Of a stretch of DNA of 64,000 nt, positions 1-11,399 are shown piece after piece (the stretch's first letter is position 1; the number at the start of each line of letters is the position of its first letter). The stretch spans positions 97,094,001-97,158,000 of the forward strand of contig OZ076409.1 in assembly GCA_964187785.1 (NCBI GenBank). Reading direction: 5' to 3'. Both the position numbers and the translations under genes were made by a program. The notes beneath the pieces were generated by a model. The model was not told the origin of the DNA. It saw nothing but the letters and a program-made list of their open reading frames with translations, and ran no database searches. This stretch comes from Amphiscolops sp. MND2022. Lineage: Eukaryota.

Positions 1-677
1 CAACTCTTCAATTACTTGGAAAATCAATAAGCTATGATTTCATTTCAATGCATAATGAAAAACACTCATACTCAGAACATAATACCTATAATCATTTAAG
101 GATTGGAGTACATGACCACTTGTTAAATCTTTTACCACTTTTTAACCCTGACTGGTTCAGTCAAGCATTCATTAATTTCTTTCGATACCCATGTTATGTT
201 TTAACCCAATGTGGAATTTATTTTTCAACATTCCTTTTCATTAGAGAAGTTTTAACATTTTTACTCAAATTCTACAGAACAATTAGCATAAAATATAATC
301 TCCAAAGCAACATTTCCATTTTGAGTTCAATAGCCCATGGATTTTTTAATATAGTTACATCGGAAATGGTAACCGATTTAAATAATACAGGAAAACGAAA
401 ACGGATATATACTAAACACAAAATTACAACAAGTGAAAATGATTATATCCTATTGCCGGAAAAAGAATTAAACAATAAACGAAGACACTCTGATACTGAC
501 TCCCTTTATTTACCTCCTAAATATTCCAGTAAGAATTCAACATTTCAATCACCGCAAAAGACACACCCAACTAATATAAACGATATTAATTCCCAGGACT
601 ATGACCCAATAATGTCAAATGTAATAGCTCTACCGGAAAGTTCTGCTAAAGTCTTTATAAAATTCAATCCCTCCTAG
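1..677 (+). CDS. C-terminus of a putative env-like membrane protein (5'-partial)
   Basis: Frame 3 is open from the window start (TLQLLGKSISYDFISM...). It has a hydrophobic stretch (YVLTQCGIYFSTFLFIREVLTFLL) followed by a basic/polar tail. Env identity is inferred from topology and position only. Confidence 0.4.
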   Translation, partial: TLQLLGKSISYDFISMHNEKHSYSEHNTYNHLRIGVHDHLLNLLPLFNPDWFSQAFINFFRYPCYVLTQCGIYFSTFLFIREVLTFLLKFYRTISIKYNLQSNISILSSIAHGFFNIVTSEMVTDLNNTGKRKRIYTKHKITTSENDYILLPEKELNNKRRHSDTDSLYLPPKYSSKNSTFQSPQKTHPTNINDINSQDYDPIMSNVIALPESSAKVFIKFNPS

Positions 678-1097
678 CTGAAAAACAATAACTTAAAAAA
701 CAAATTAACCTCAAGAAAAGTTCATAAAATTATCAACCAAATTCTTCTCAGTTTCAACTTTCATTCACACCCAAATTCTCACTCGGACCGGTCTCTCCTT
801 TTCAACTCAACTCAACTCAACTCTCAACCAGAAGACTTCAACTGGATTTTCAGTCCATCTAAACGACCGAAATCACAGAAGTTTCTATTCCTGGAATAGA
901 TGCCACTGTGACTGTTGATGTGTTCAACCCATCATTGACCCAGTATTCCCATATTGTAAGTACAATTTAAACTTTAATTTTAACAAACAATTTAATGGAT
1001 AGAAAAGACATAACAAAATTTTTCTTAGTATTAGAAATAATGTAATCAAATGTTATAATCATTATTTTAGCTCTACAAAAACACGCAAGTTTAAATA

Positions 1098-2390
1098 ATG
1101 GAATCCTTGCCCGAAATTGATGTAGTTAACTCTAATCCCTCTGAATTGCTTGCAACCCCTTTGAATATAACTATTCAACAAAATGTTAACGAAGCCAATA
1201 ACTCTTCCTCCAACTCTCAAGATCCTATAGAAAATATCCCTATTGAACAAGTAGATCATGTTAACACAAGATCTCAAAAAAGAAAGTACCCAGATATAAC
1301 CGCAGATAAACCTTTTATGGAATCTGGCGCTTGCCCTCCTTTCATAAAACCAATTAAACAAGATGAAGATAGAGATTGTGAATTATTTCCTATTCTCTCG
1401 TCGAAACAATTCACATTTCAATCTCATTTAACTTCGTTATACATGATTCCAACAAAATACAAATTCATCATCAGAGAATTTAAAAATGATTATCATACAT
1501 CAATTGCTTCAAAACTGATTACCCCATATGATTGGTGGTTAAACAATAAAGTGAAAATTTTCTCACTTCAATACAACTTCCTCAGACCATCTCCATATGA
1601 TCTCCGAACAGAAGAAAATGATGCAAATTTTCTGCCATATCAAATCAAAAAGGCCCACCATATGACTTATCAAAAGTTCCTTCAATATAAAGAGCCCGAT
1701 AATTATATATTCTTCAACTCCAAATATACATCGCCATTCACTTTCAACTCAGAATATTTAATAGATCATACCAAAACAAAAGGAAAACTTAGAAATTATG
1801 ACCCGCTGAAAAAAAGTTTTCTCTTCCTTCCAAATGATAACCCAAAAAGACCAATCATTGTTCCACAAGAATACCTCATTCTAAACGACGATTCGTTACT
1901 ACAAGAAGATATACCTCAACATATATCTGATCCTGTTCCTCCACTTCAACAAATAGCCTCTCAACCATTGGGAGACTGTGAAAAGTCTTATTTCCACGCA
2001 ATGATCAAAAAGGGATATTCAAATAATGAATTAATTTTCATTATTTCCCACCTGCTTTCACTTCTTACAAATGGAAATCACAAAGAATATAAAAAGGCAA
2101 AACAAAAATCGCCTAAGAAAACCAAAAATGATATTCCTCAACCACAAAGTTTTCGCCCAACAGATGAATTACAGAAATATACAGAAATTCTGAATATCAT
2201 AAAACCGTATCATCATCCAAACCGAGATATTCTTATAACAATCGCTGAAATCGTAAATACCCTTGAACAAGCTCGAAGCATAATACAAAATATCGTATTT
2301 GATACGACAAGAATTAGCCAATCAGCTTTGTGCATTCGCACATCCTTAGACGAATTCAACTACACTATGGAAAAAATGCATCGATCTTAA
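1098..2390 (+). CDS. 430-aa hypothetical accessory protein of the LTR element
   Basis: Long intact ORF in AT-rich DNA, with a splice acceptor (ATTTTAG, ending 1070) just upstream of the ATG. No recognisable domain. Confidence 0.55.
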   Translation: MESLPEIDVVNSNPSELLATPLNITIQQNVNEANNSSSNSQDPIENIPIEQVDHVNTRSQKRKYPDITADKPFMESGACPPFIKPIKQDEDRDCELFPILSSKQFTFQSHLTSLYMIPTKYKFIIREFKNDYHTSIASKLITPYDWWLNNKVKIFSLQYNFLRPSPYDLRTEENDANFLPYQIKKAHHMTYQKFLQYKEPDNYIFFNSKYTSPFTFNSEYLIDHTKTKGKLRNYDPLKKSFLFLPNDNPKRPIIVPQEYLILNDDSLLQEDIPQHISDPVPPLQQIASQPLGDCEKSYFHAMIKKGYSNNELIFIISHLLSLLTNGNHKEYKKAKQKSPKKTKNDIPQPQSFRPTDELQKYTEILNIIKPYHHPNRDILITIAEIVNTLEQARSIIQNIVFDTTRISQSALCIRTSLDEFNYTMEKMHRS

Positions 2391-2803
2391 CTGGTAATTA
2401 TGGGATAATAGCTTTAAAGTTATTAACACTTATCACTTAATCTCTTTACAACCTGTCAAAATGAATTGAATCTACACGCATATCCTTGCTATGCATGACT
2501 CTAATACATGCTTGATGTTAAAATACACTTTTAAAATGATTTAACATAAAAATTTCAATCACGACATAAAAATTTTTAACGAAATTCTTCAATTGCTCCT
2601 CCTTTTAATGGACCGATTTCAACAAATAAGTACTTATATGAAAGATATTTAAATACCCTTCAAAAGACTTCCAAAATACAACAACTTAATACTTAGAATT
2701 AAAAAGTTATAACATCACAAAAATCAATAAAAAAATGTCAACTACGAAATTCTATTTTCAAAGGAACTTTATTGTAAACAAACTAATCTATTTTAGGTGA
2801 ATA

Positions 2804-3388
2804 TTGTCACAACTGCTTCTTCAGCATTCCTTCCTCCTCTCAGGTCACCCATTCAAGAAGAATTCTGAAGTATCTTCTACAGCTTTCAACGAAATTTTCT
2901 CATTCATCAATATGACAACTATCCACTCTGGCGACATGGACTGCCCGATAGCTCCTTTTTTTTCAATCTCTTCAGCTCGATTGCGATCCTTGATCCTGAA
3001 AAAGCATTTAACGACATTAAATGCGCAGCTTCGAACAGAAAAAAAGGCAGACCCACATCTTACAAGGATGATATTGCTTAATATGTTCCAAATATTCCAA
3101 ATAACAAGAATAAATTTCGACCAATATCTCCATATTCATAAACATCCTGACACTTATTCAAATCAAAAGGATGCCACTACCCAAACAGAACATACTACCA
3201 TCAAACCCAAAGGTTTAATACGAACTTTATCCAATAGAATGCGTTCCGAAATGGAAAAACAACGTCTAAATTCATATTGGCCCTCAGATGACAATGATGA
3301 CACTGACGAAGACCTTCAAAAAGATCCCCCAGAAGCACTTTTAGACGATAACTATCCACACAAAACATATACTTACGTTTCCTTCTAA
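2804..3388 (+). CDS. Hypothetical accessory protein of the LTR element (ATG probably at 2912)
   Basis: 194-codon open frame preceded by a branch-like ACTAAT and a TTTTAG acceptor ending 2796; acidic C-terminus. Confidence 0.4.
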   Translation: MSQLLLQHSFLLSGHPFKKNSEVSSTAFNEIFSFINMTTIHSGDMDCPIAPFFSISSARLRSLILKKHLTTLNAQLRTEKKADPHLTRMILLNMFQIFQITRINFDQYLHIHKHPDTYSNQKDATTQTEHTTIKPKGLIRTLSNRMRSEMEKQRLNSYWPSDDNDDTDEDLQKDPPEALLDDNYPHKTYTYVSF

Positions 3389-3928
3389 CATCAACAGACG
3401 CCACCAACAGCACCCGTCTACTCCCATCTTCGAATTCCACATCTTCAACGAGCAACAAATCAACACCCATCTTCAATTTCATCGCCGCCCAACAGTTGCC
3501 CATCTTCCTTCATCTGCTGACCCTTCTTCATCCTTCTTTCAATCTTCCATCATCACCCACATTCTCAGCCGAAGATGATCGATAATCAATAATAAAGAAA
3601 ACTCAAAGAAAAAACATTGTGCATGATAACATTTCGAAAAGTTTCAAACTCATCTAATATTTCATAGAATTCAAACTCTCATCTAAATTATTCATTATGT
3701 AGTTATTATTGGAAATTTCATCCCCACCCATATTTATTTGCCCAAAAATTTTTATTCACACCCGTACCGATATTTATTTGCTTTATTTTTAAATAATTAG
3801 TAATAATTATTATTTTTCGGTGCTATCCTATCCAAAAAATTCACAAATATTATCAACAAATCTTTTCAAATTTCAACAAAACCAGCTCAAAATCAGATCA
3901 AGCACATTGTTCAGATCAAATTCAAATA

Positions 3929-4225
3929 ATGACAGACCCAAATACTCAAAGTTTTCAACATTTGTTACATAACAAACCCGCCAAAGTTAATTACAACCTG
4001 AAATCTTTTCAAACAAATTTCACGCTCGATAAAATTTTTTTTTCTCAACGATATTATTTCTTTGACTCTTTGACCTCTAACTCGTATGATGTTTGCTCAC
4101 GTTTGTTCAATGCTAAGTTCATTCAAAAACTTCAACAGAAGCATAAAATTGAGCATCTACCAGTTCAAAAAACAAGCCGACGAAAGCATAGTGAAAAAGA
4201 ACACTTTGACGCTTTTGAACTGTAG
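3929..4225 (+). pseudogene. Possible decayed fourth accessory ORF
   Basis: 98-aa ATG-initiated ORF whose frame continues with protein-like sequence past its TAG. Confidence 0.25.
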
Positions 4226-4438
4226 TCGCACCTACGAGGTGTCAATCAAAATTTTGACATTTCGAGGTACACCAATGAGTCGAACTTACACCACTCTTAA
4301 CGAGACTTATGCCAATCATACATCAAATGAAAATTGTTAACTAGCTGAAACGCTAAGAACATTTAAACAAAAAATTTTTCTTCGTTTTAATTAATGATGC
4401 TACTTTAAAATTTTATTTTATTTAAAAACCGGGATGGA

Positions 4439-4707
4439 TGTACTGACCTACATTAATAACCAATAGTATTTAGATGCTTACAGAATGTTCTAGAATGTAC
4501 ATTTATTTGTTATTGAATGATTGTAAATCTCTACTCCTTCAGAGAGAGAAAACTAATAATCAGTATTCAGTTGACTTCCTTTTTGTTCTACTCCTAACAC
4601 CTCGGAATAGTTGTAATAAAGTAAGCTAGCTAGCCTGTCTCTCAGCCGCTTTTAGTAGTTGCGTATAAGACCATCAAAAACAATAACCAACCATTAAAAG
4701 CAGCACA
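4439..4707 (+). repeat. 3' LTR (~269 bp)
   Basis: TGT...ACA termini, PPT immediately upstream, internal AATAAA at 4615-4620. The right boundary is inferred because the 5' LTR is not in the window. Confidence 0.55.
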
Positions 4708-5330
4708 TAATACTATCATAAATTATCATACAAAGCAAACTCCGAATCGGGATTGCGATATTGGTGTGAAAAGCAACTTTTCTAACCATGATTTGTTAAT
4801 CTTGCTAACACCTATTGAGGTAACGTGCTGTAAATACTGAAGTTCGAGAATGCAATAGAAACCAGCGCCATAAAAATAAATAGAATTAGAAAATAGGAGT
4901 TACCAAAAAACGAATTTGCTACCATGGAACGCTTGTCAAGAACATGGTTAATCTTGGCATCCTTACCAAGATCATGGTAAAACATGGTACGCTTGGCACG
5001 ATCTGATCTTCCATAATCATGGTATCCTTTGCAAGATCTTGGTAAGATCATGATAAGATCTTGGCAAGGCTCGCTAGTGATTTACCATGGTTTTTGGCAA
5101 GCGTACCTTGTCTTCGATCGCTGGGAACATGCATAAATCAAAATTACAAATTAGTTATTTGAATGAGTTGCACTGAGTTATTTTTTACTTGTGAAGTCAT
5201 TGAGGTGCGAAAGAGTGTTGTTGAATTTCCTGTGTTTAGATTTCTGTATATGGCAATGAGTTGAATTCTGTGCGTTGAATTTTCACGTGTCGAGTTTTCC
5301 GTACCGCATTTTTAGTCGACGCTTTTCTTT

Positions 5331-5840
5331 AAACAAGACGAGAACACCTAAAGTCGGCGCTATATCTAAGGCTCAAAAAGCGCAAAACATTTTTTTTTGG
5401 AAAAAAACTTGAAATTTTCGGAAAAAAAATTTCTTTCGGAAAATGTCGCACAGTGCCGGAAAATGTAAAAGGGGGGACCCTTTTTGATTTATAAACACGC
5501 ATTCTGTAGCAAAATAACAAAAAACTCAAAGGGGGGACCCTTTGGGGACATTAAAAAAAAATTCGAAAAAAAATCTCACAGCGCCGAAAAAAAAATCGAA
5601 AGGGGGGGGTGTACGAAACTTTAGTCCCGTCCGGGCTTGTATGTAACGTTGAAAAAGTGAATGAATGCGCTCCCCGTGTTTGCCTTTAGCGGTCCAGTAG
5701 TTTAGTACTTTTAGTAGTTGAACGTTAATTTTAACTTTTAACGTTCGTCGCTTCGAGTCTGTCTTAAATAAAAAAAAAGAAAAAAAAACGAGTGACTGTA
5801 ATAGTCGGGCTCTTTTCTTAAGAAAAGCGCCGACTAAAAA
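5331..5840 (-). mobile_element. Helentron-associated (HINE/DINE-1-like) non-autonomous element nested in another family member
   Basis: SubTIRs AGTCGGCGC/GCGCCGACT, a palindromic end at 5803-5835 and a short terminal stem-loop. It sits immediately after the 5' end of another copy (TTTTTAGTCGACGCTTTT, 5309-5330). Confidence 0.6.
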
Positions 5841-7539
5841 GAGGTACTATAGTCCTGGCTTTTCGTCAGGTTTTTTTTCGATACACCTGAAGTTGCTTAA
5901 ATTGTTCTACCAAAAGTTCTTCAATTCTTGAAGTAATTTTTCACTTCCACTTGGCCTAGTAGTTGACGCTGATTACCTGTCAGAGGTTCGTGGGTTCGAG
6001 TCTACCACTACACCAAAACTTTTTATGTTTGCAAAAATAAGAGGGAGACCAAAGGGTCCCTCTCTAGATTTTTTCGTCACTATACAACTTTTTTCAGATT
6101 TTTTCAAACCTAAACTCTGTCTCTTTCTTGAATTTCGGCAGGAACAAAGCGTTTTACGAGCATCGATGGCCACTTTTAGTTTTTTCGGCAGCACAAATGC
6201 GACTTACCGAAGTAGAAAAGTGCAATTTTTTGCGAGTCCACTTTTGGATTTTTCTATATTTTCAGTTAGCACAAAACCCTTTTTCGTGTCCAAAGTGTCC
6301 ACTTTGGATAGTTTTTGGCACTGTCAGATTTTTAAATAGAATCTTTTGATAGTACGGAAGAAAAGAAAGGAATTAGTGGGAAAGGTCATTAGGTGATATG
6401 AACTAACGAAAGAACACAACTAAATGGAGAGAACACACAAAAGAATTTTCGACACCTCGAATTTTCCGTCGATGCCCCAAAAGTTCGATACTTTTCTTGC
6501 AAGAATTTTGCCATTTCAATTCTTTTCTTGCACGATTTTTGGAATACATACATTTCGCAAAATGACCCCCCGTAAGCACAAAGTCTTTCCAAGAGGAGAC
6601 CCAGAATTAGTGGGGGTTATGAAGCAAATAAGAATAAGATTAAATTCGGACTGTCCAACAATAAGGCAAATGGCCCAAATAAAATGCGCGCTAGCTTTTC
6701 GGTCATAAGATCGCAGGTTCGAATCCCGGAATCGGCGGATTCTTTTGTTAAAATATAAAAATACCAATTTCCAATAAAATACACTATTTAATAACTTGCT
6801 ATCTCGAAACTTTTGTCAGTTTGATTATATTATTACGTTGACTTAAAATATTAGTGGGACGAAAAGTATTCCATTATTCCCGATAAAAAACACTTCATTG
6901 AGATATACAGTTTGAATACTGCCTCTATTTTTAAACGATCTGTAGTTCCTTAAGCCTAAGTGGACCAGGAAATTTCCGGATTCATTCAAAAATCTGGTGC
7001 TTAAACTTTAAACCGTAATATCTTCTAAACTATTCAAGTCCGACAAAATCCCCCGCTGGCTTGTTGCTTTGCCACGCTGGCTCCGGACTCTGTGCCAAAA
7101 CATTCCATGTCCCATGTCTCTGACTGCATTTCAGCTGGAAAAACGGAAAAACGGACAATCTGCGCTCAATTTTTTTTGATTTTTTGGACCCGTTTTCTTG
7201 AGAGATTTCGGAGACATCATGTCAATATTCCGTGAAAAGGTGTGCAATGCTATGTAATATCGTCTGTGCGATCATGCTATCAGATGGTTCGTTTAGAAGT
7301 TTGCAGAAACTATCTGGTACGAAATCGTATCAATGGTCCATTTAGGGTTAAGTTTCTTTAGTGGATGACTATTTGATATTTTTCCATATTTCAGCTGGAA
7401 ATTTTATTATAAACAAAATTTGTTCTATACGAACGCTCCTGGTTGGTGTTTGATGAAATGCATAAATTATCACAGACATAAATGAAATGCTAAATGCAGT
7501 TTTCACCTCCCGGATTTCTTGACAAGAATCTTACCAACA

Positions 7540-7823
7540 TTCTTGTCAAGAATTGCAAGATTTTTTATCGGTCCAAGATAATTCAAGATCTTATCAAGGT
7601 TTTCAGGAGGTAACGGGAATTAGCGGGAAAATCCAAGATCTTGTCAAGAATTTCAAGATTTTTTATCGGTCCGAGATAATTCAAGATCTTATCAAGGTTT
7701 TCAGGAGGCAACGGGAATTAGCGGGAAAATCCAAGATCTTGTCAAGAATTTCAAGATTTTTTATCGGTCCAAGATAATTCAAGATCTTATCAAGGTTTTC
7801 AGGAGGTGACGGGAATTAGCGGG
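7540..7823. repeat. 98-bp tandem repeat (~3 copies), interrupted by the solo LTR and resuming at 9375
   Basis: GCGGG anchor recurs at 7623, 7721 and 7819; the unit continues as GCGGGAAAATCCAAGATCTTG after 9374. Confidence 0.9.
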
Positions 7824-9374
7824 TGTCGCAAGCTGCCGCTTGTGACGGCATCCTATACCAAATGATGCCAGAAGGTAATGAGACGCCACCAGCCCCCGGG
7901 GTACTACCTATCTAGGACAAACTCTGAAACGGACTTTAGCATCTATTCTGATAGTTTAATATTTGTTTCATGCATGTAATGACCGAATTATTAACACTAA
8001 ACATGCAATTTCGATGTTACTATTCAGACCAAAGGTCAAACTGACAGCATTCAATCTGTGCATTTATTCAATTGCTATTATTGATTTGTTACTATTTAGA
8101 ATTTCCCATTGATGAAATTGATTGCAATTAATCTGAACCTAAAGTACATCACTTAGTTAACGATGCAATACTTAGCAAAGCAACTCAAGTGCTGTTAAAC
8201 GGTGTTTAAAGAGTACCTTAAAACACTTTTCTTAGCTAATTAACTAGTACTCTACTGCAGTCAAACTGACGTGTGGTCACAAGTGCTTGTTGACCAATCA
8301 GAGTAAAGTACCAGTCTATCATTGCAGTCATGCTGACGCATGGTCAAATTTAGAATTTCATTGAATACTGAAGTTACCAATGCATGAAAGGTTGATTTTA
8401 ACCTGAATTTGAATACATGTAAAGATACCCACTGTTTGTTTGATGCTATTTATACCTCTTCATTTGTGTGACGTAATGTCAAAACCCTCAGTCTATTTTT
8501 AGAACCAGTGACCTAATAATGTAATCGGGGCTATATTTAGAATGATATCACCCTAAATTTAGTTCCTGACACGCAAAATATTGCGTGTCATGCAGTATAA
8601 ACTATATATACGCGGAAGTTGTAAAAAGGGGGACTCATTCATCGATTGAAAACGCTACGATACAAAACTGTTTGGTTTGTTACTGTTGATCAATTCACTG
8701 TTGAAATCAAATCCATTTCTTGAAAATGCCTTCAACTAGAAAGCAGAAAGCAAGAGAGAAACGTTCTAGACAATCTGACGTAATGTCAGATATTGAAAAT
8801 TTAGATGTGATGCTTGGAAATTATTCTAACAGCGAAATTAGAGACCAAAACACTGTAGATCAAATGGAAATTGACCCTGAGTCAAGCAGGCGGCAACCAG
8901 ATTTCAGTCATGAAGAAAGTAATTATAGATCTCTCTTGAATACAAATTTGAGTGAAAATAGTGAAATTACAGTAGAAACTAGCAGAGCAATTAGTTCAGA
9001 AATTTCCTCACAGATGTCAAGGAAATTGGAAGAAATGAAATCTGACCTGAATTCCCATATTATGGAGGTAATAAACTCTGCTATTGATGAAAAAATACTA
9101 CCGAGCATCGAAAATGTCATAGTAAATCACAGGGAGGGTAAAAACGCGAAATTGGACCTTCGGTCAGATGGACGGCATCCGAGTAGAAACGTCCCTATGG
9201 ACCAGACTTTGGACCTTGGGTCATATGGACGGCATAAAATAAAATTTGGCCAGCAGGTCCAAGACTCAAGAGAGAATTTTCCTAGACTAAGTAAGACAAC
9301 AAATAACCTTTCAAATCATCAAATGGAATGTTCAGGAGATTCTGAACAGAGTGAAAATGATGATGGTTATGACA
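7824..9374 (+). mobile_element. Solo LTR (1551 bp) with 5-bp TSD
   Basis: TGTC...GACA termini; TSD GCGGG at 7819-7823 and 9375-9379; TATA-like CTATATATA at ~8602. Confidence 0.85.
8726..9374 (+). CDS. LTR-embedded ORF (probable N-terminus of a gag-associated protein), open to the LTR end
   Basis: MPSTRKQKAREKRSRQSDVMSDIENLDVMLG..., with a coiled-coil-like middle. There is no stop before the LTR terminus; the stop at 9418 comes from flanking DNA. Confidence 0.6.
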
Positions 9375-9409
9375 GCGGGAAAATCCAAGATCTTGGCAAG
9401 AGTTTCAAG

Positions 9410-9877
9410 CAGTGTTGATCGTTTAAATGATTTGTAAACGCTGAACAAGCGTTTAAACGCTGATGAAAAATATAAACACTAATTAAACGCTCGCCAAGAA
9501 ACGCGGGCAAAAGATTTTCAATTAATCAAATTGAATTTCATAATTAAATTGATCAATTTATAGCAAAATCAATTGATCGGTTTCTTATGGAATCCATTGG
9601 CAACCTGCAACGGCGTCCCTCTGAGAGTAACGCTGCCCGAGAAAAATTTTCCTCACAGAATGCCGGCGACGGTAAAATTCTTAAAATAGTTCCTAAAATT
9701 ACGAATTAAAATTCAAGTAAATGTTAAATTCAGAATTTCAAGACAATTCGGAGAATTAACCAGTGTTTAAACGCTGAGCGTTTAAACGCTAGCCACTTTA
9801 AATTTCTTTAAACACTCGAAATCGTTTAAACACCGTTTAAACGGCGTTTAAACGACGGTGAAAAATAATCAACACTG
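9410..9877. mobile_element. hAT-like MITE
   Basis: TIRs CAGTGTTGAT/ATCAACACTG; 8-bp TSD GTTTCAAG at 9402-9409 and 9878-9885; subterminal GTTTAAAC repeats. Confidence 0.85.
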
Positions 9878-9936
9878 GTTTCAAGGTACTTTTCACTGGG
9901 TGATGTTTACTAACAAGTGACTGGTGGTGTTTTTAG

Positions 9937-10105
9937 TCCCCCGTCGAGCAGTGCGGGCCAACAGCTGCTTCTGGGTCTGTTCTGGTTCTCAGTACCCGCC
10001 AACCCCCTCATCTACGCATTCACGTCGCCCCGATTCCGGGAAGACACCAAAATGGTCATCAACAGACTCAAGTCCTGCCGCATGTGCTCCAGCGAGTCCA
10101 TGTAA
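9937..10105 (+). CDS. Terminal exon of a rhodopsin-family (class A) GPCR: TM7 and helix 8
   Basis: LLLGLFWFSVPANPLIYAFTSPRFRE contains NPxxY and a helix-8 FR motif. Branch point TACTAAC at 9908, acceptor TTTTAG ending 9936, stop TAA at 10105. Upstream exons were not found in the window. Confidence 0.8.
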
Positions 10106-10183
10106 AGCCCCCCCATCTTGGATATTTTCTGTAAATCGCCAAAAACGACCCCCAACCGTAAGCGCGTGAATTTTAATTCCCTA

Positions 10184-10652
10184 CAGGGGTGTTCAATATT
10201 TTATTCGAATATTATTATTGCTTAAAAATAAATTATTTTATTTTCAGGGTGGAAAAAATAAATATTTTTATTTTTTTTTTTTGCTAAAATAATTATTTTT
10301 ATTCTCAGCGAAAAACGGATTTCAACAAAAACTTGAATTAGCCATCCACAATCAGGCCAAAACGCGGCGACAGGGCTTTTTTTTAATGGAGTCTTCGACC
10401 TTTTGAGTCAGTAGCCCAAGGTACTTGACAAAAGTATTTCTAGAAATTAGCTCAAGATTTTTGTATTTTAAACTTAATTGGCTGAGGATATGTTGAATTA
10501 AACGCTCTTAGTTTTAGTTATCTCAAAAATAATTATTTTCATTTTAACAGGTCCAAAAATAAATATTTTTTTTCATTTGAGTGTAAAAATAAATAATTTT
10601 ATCTTCTTTATTATAAATATTCTGACCCATAATTATTTATTGAACACCCCTG
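10184..10652. mobile_element. MITE with CAGGGGTGTTCAATA TIRs
   Basis: 15-bp inverted termini with an AT-rich interior; no clear TSD. Confidence 0.65.
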
Positions 10653-11195
10653 GCGGAAATTTCACTTCACTATCACAACCAGCGATGAGTTTTAGTTCAG
10701 TTTCAGTTAGACTTATACGACCATGTCGTCATCTATTCCACACCCCCCCCCCCCCCACTGCGGCTGGGAAAATAAGACAGAAGTTTCAAATACCATTATG
10801 TTGACATCGTTTGCGTTGAAATTTTGGTCCATTAAAATAATTGATATCGACATAATCCTATCCATTACATTGACTGTCAGTTAAAAGTTGCTCATTAGAT
10901 TCTACAGCGGACAAAATTTCCTCTGAAATAGAAGTCTTTTTATACGATTTTAGCGTGTTGCAAACGTGAATTTCTGCTATTTTGGGCAGAATTTCTGCTA
11001 TTTATGATAATTTTTTGCCTGAAGTATCCAAACAGTTGTAGAATCAATCCTCTAAGTATTTACATTCATATATTTTTCTCTGATTAGTGAAATGTTTTTA
11101 TTCAAGAACAAAATGTTTTTGTGTTGGGGGGTTAATTCCCAACAAGGTGTACCTGGGGGGAATAGATGGTTCGAGTTATAAAATACTGCAATTTG

Positions 11196-11395
11196 NNNNN
11201 NNNNNNNNNNNNNNNNNNNNNNNNNNNNNNNNNNNNNNNNNNNNNNNNNNNNNNNNNNNNNNNNNNNNNNNNNNNNNNNNNNNNNNNNNNNNNNNNNNNN
11301 NNNNNNNNNNNNNNNNNNNNNNNNNNNNNNNNNNNNNNNNNNNNNNNNNNNNNNNNNNNNNNNNNNNNNNNNNNNNNNNNNNNNNNNNNNNNNNN
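11196..11395. other. Assembly gap (200 N)
   Basis: Run of N; it removes the 3' end of the adjacent LINE. Confidence 1.
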
Positions 11396-11399
11396 GTCC

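Larger units (their letters stand above)
1..4707 (+). mobile_element. 3' portion of an LTR retroelement (env-like ORF, accessory ORFs, PPT, 3' LTR), truncated by the window edge
   Basis: Same-strand ORFs with A/C-rich composition are followed by a purine-rich tract (AAAAACCGGGATGGA, 4424-4438) directly abutting TGTA at 4439. The LTR-like segment ends ...AGCACA at 4707. No gag/pol lies in the window, so the superfamily is not assigned. Confidence 0.6.

Noticed and set aside
6665..6740. Functional tRNA gene
   Set aside because: A B-box (GGTTCGAATCCC) is present, but the D-arm and acceptor stem do not form; at most a degenerate SINE-like piece.
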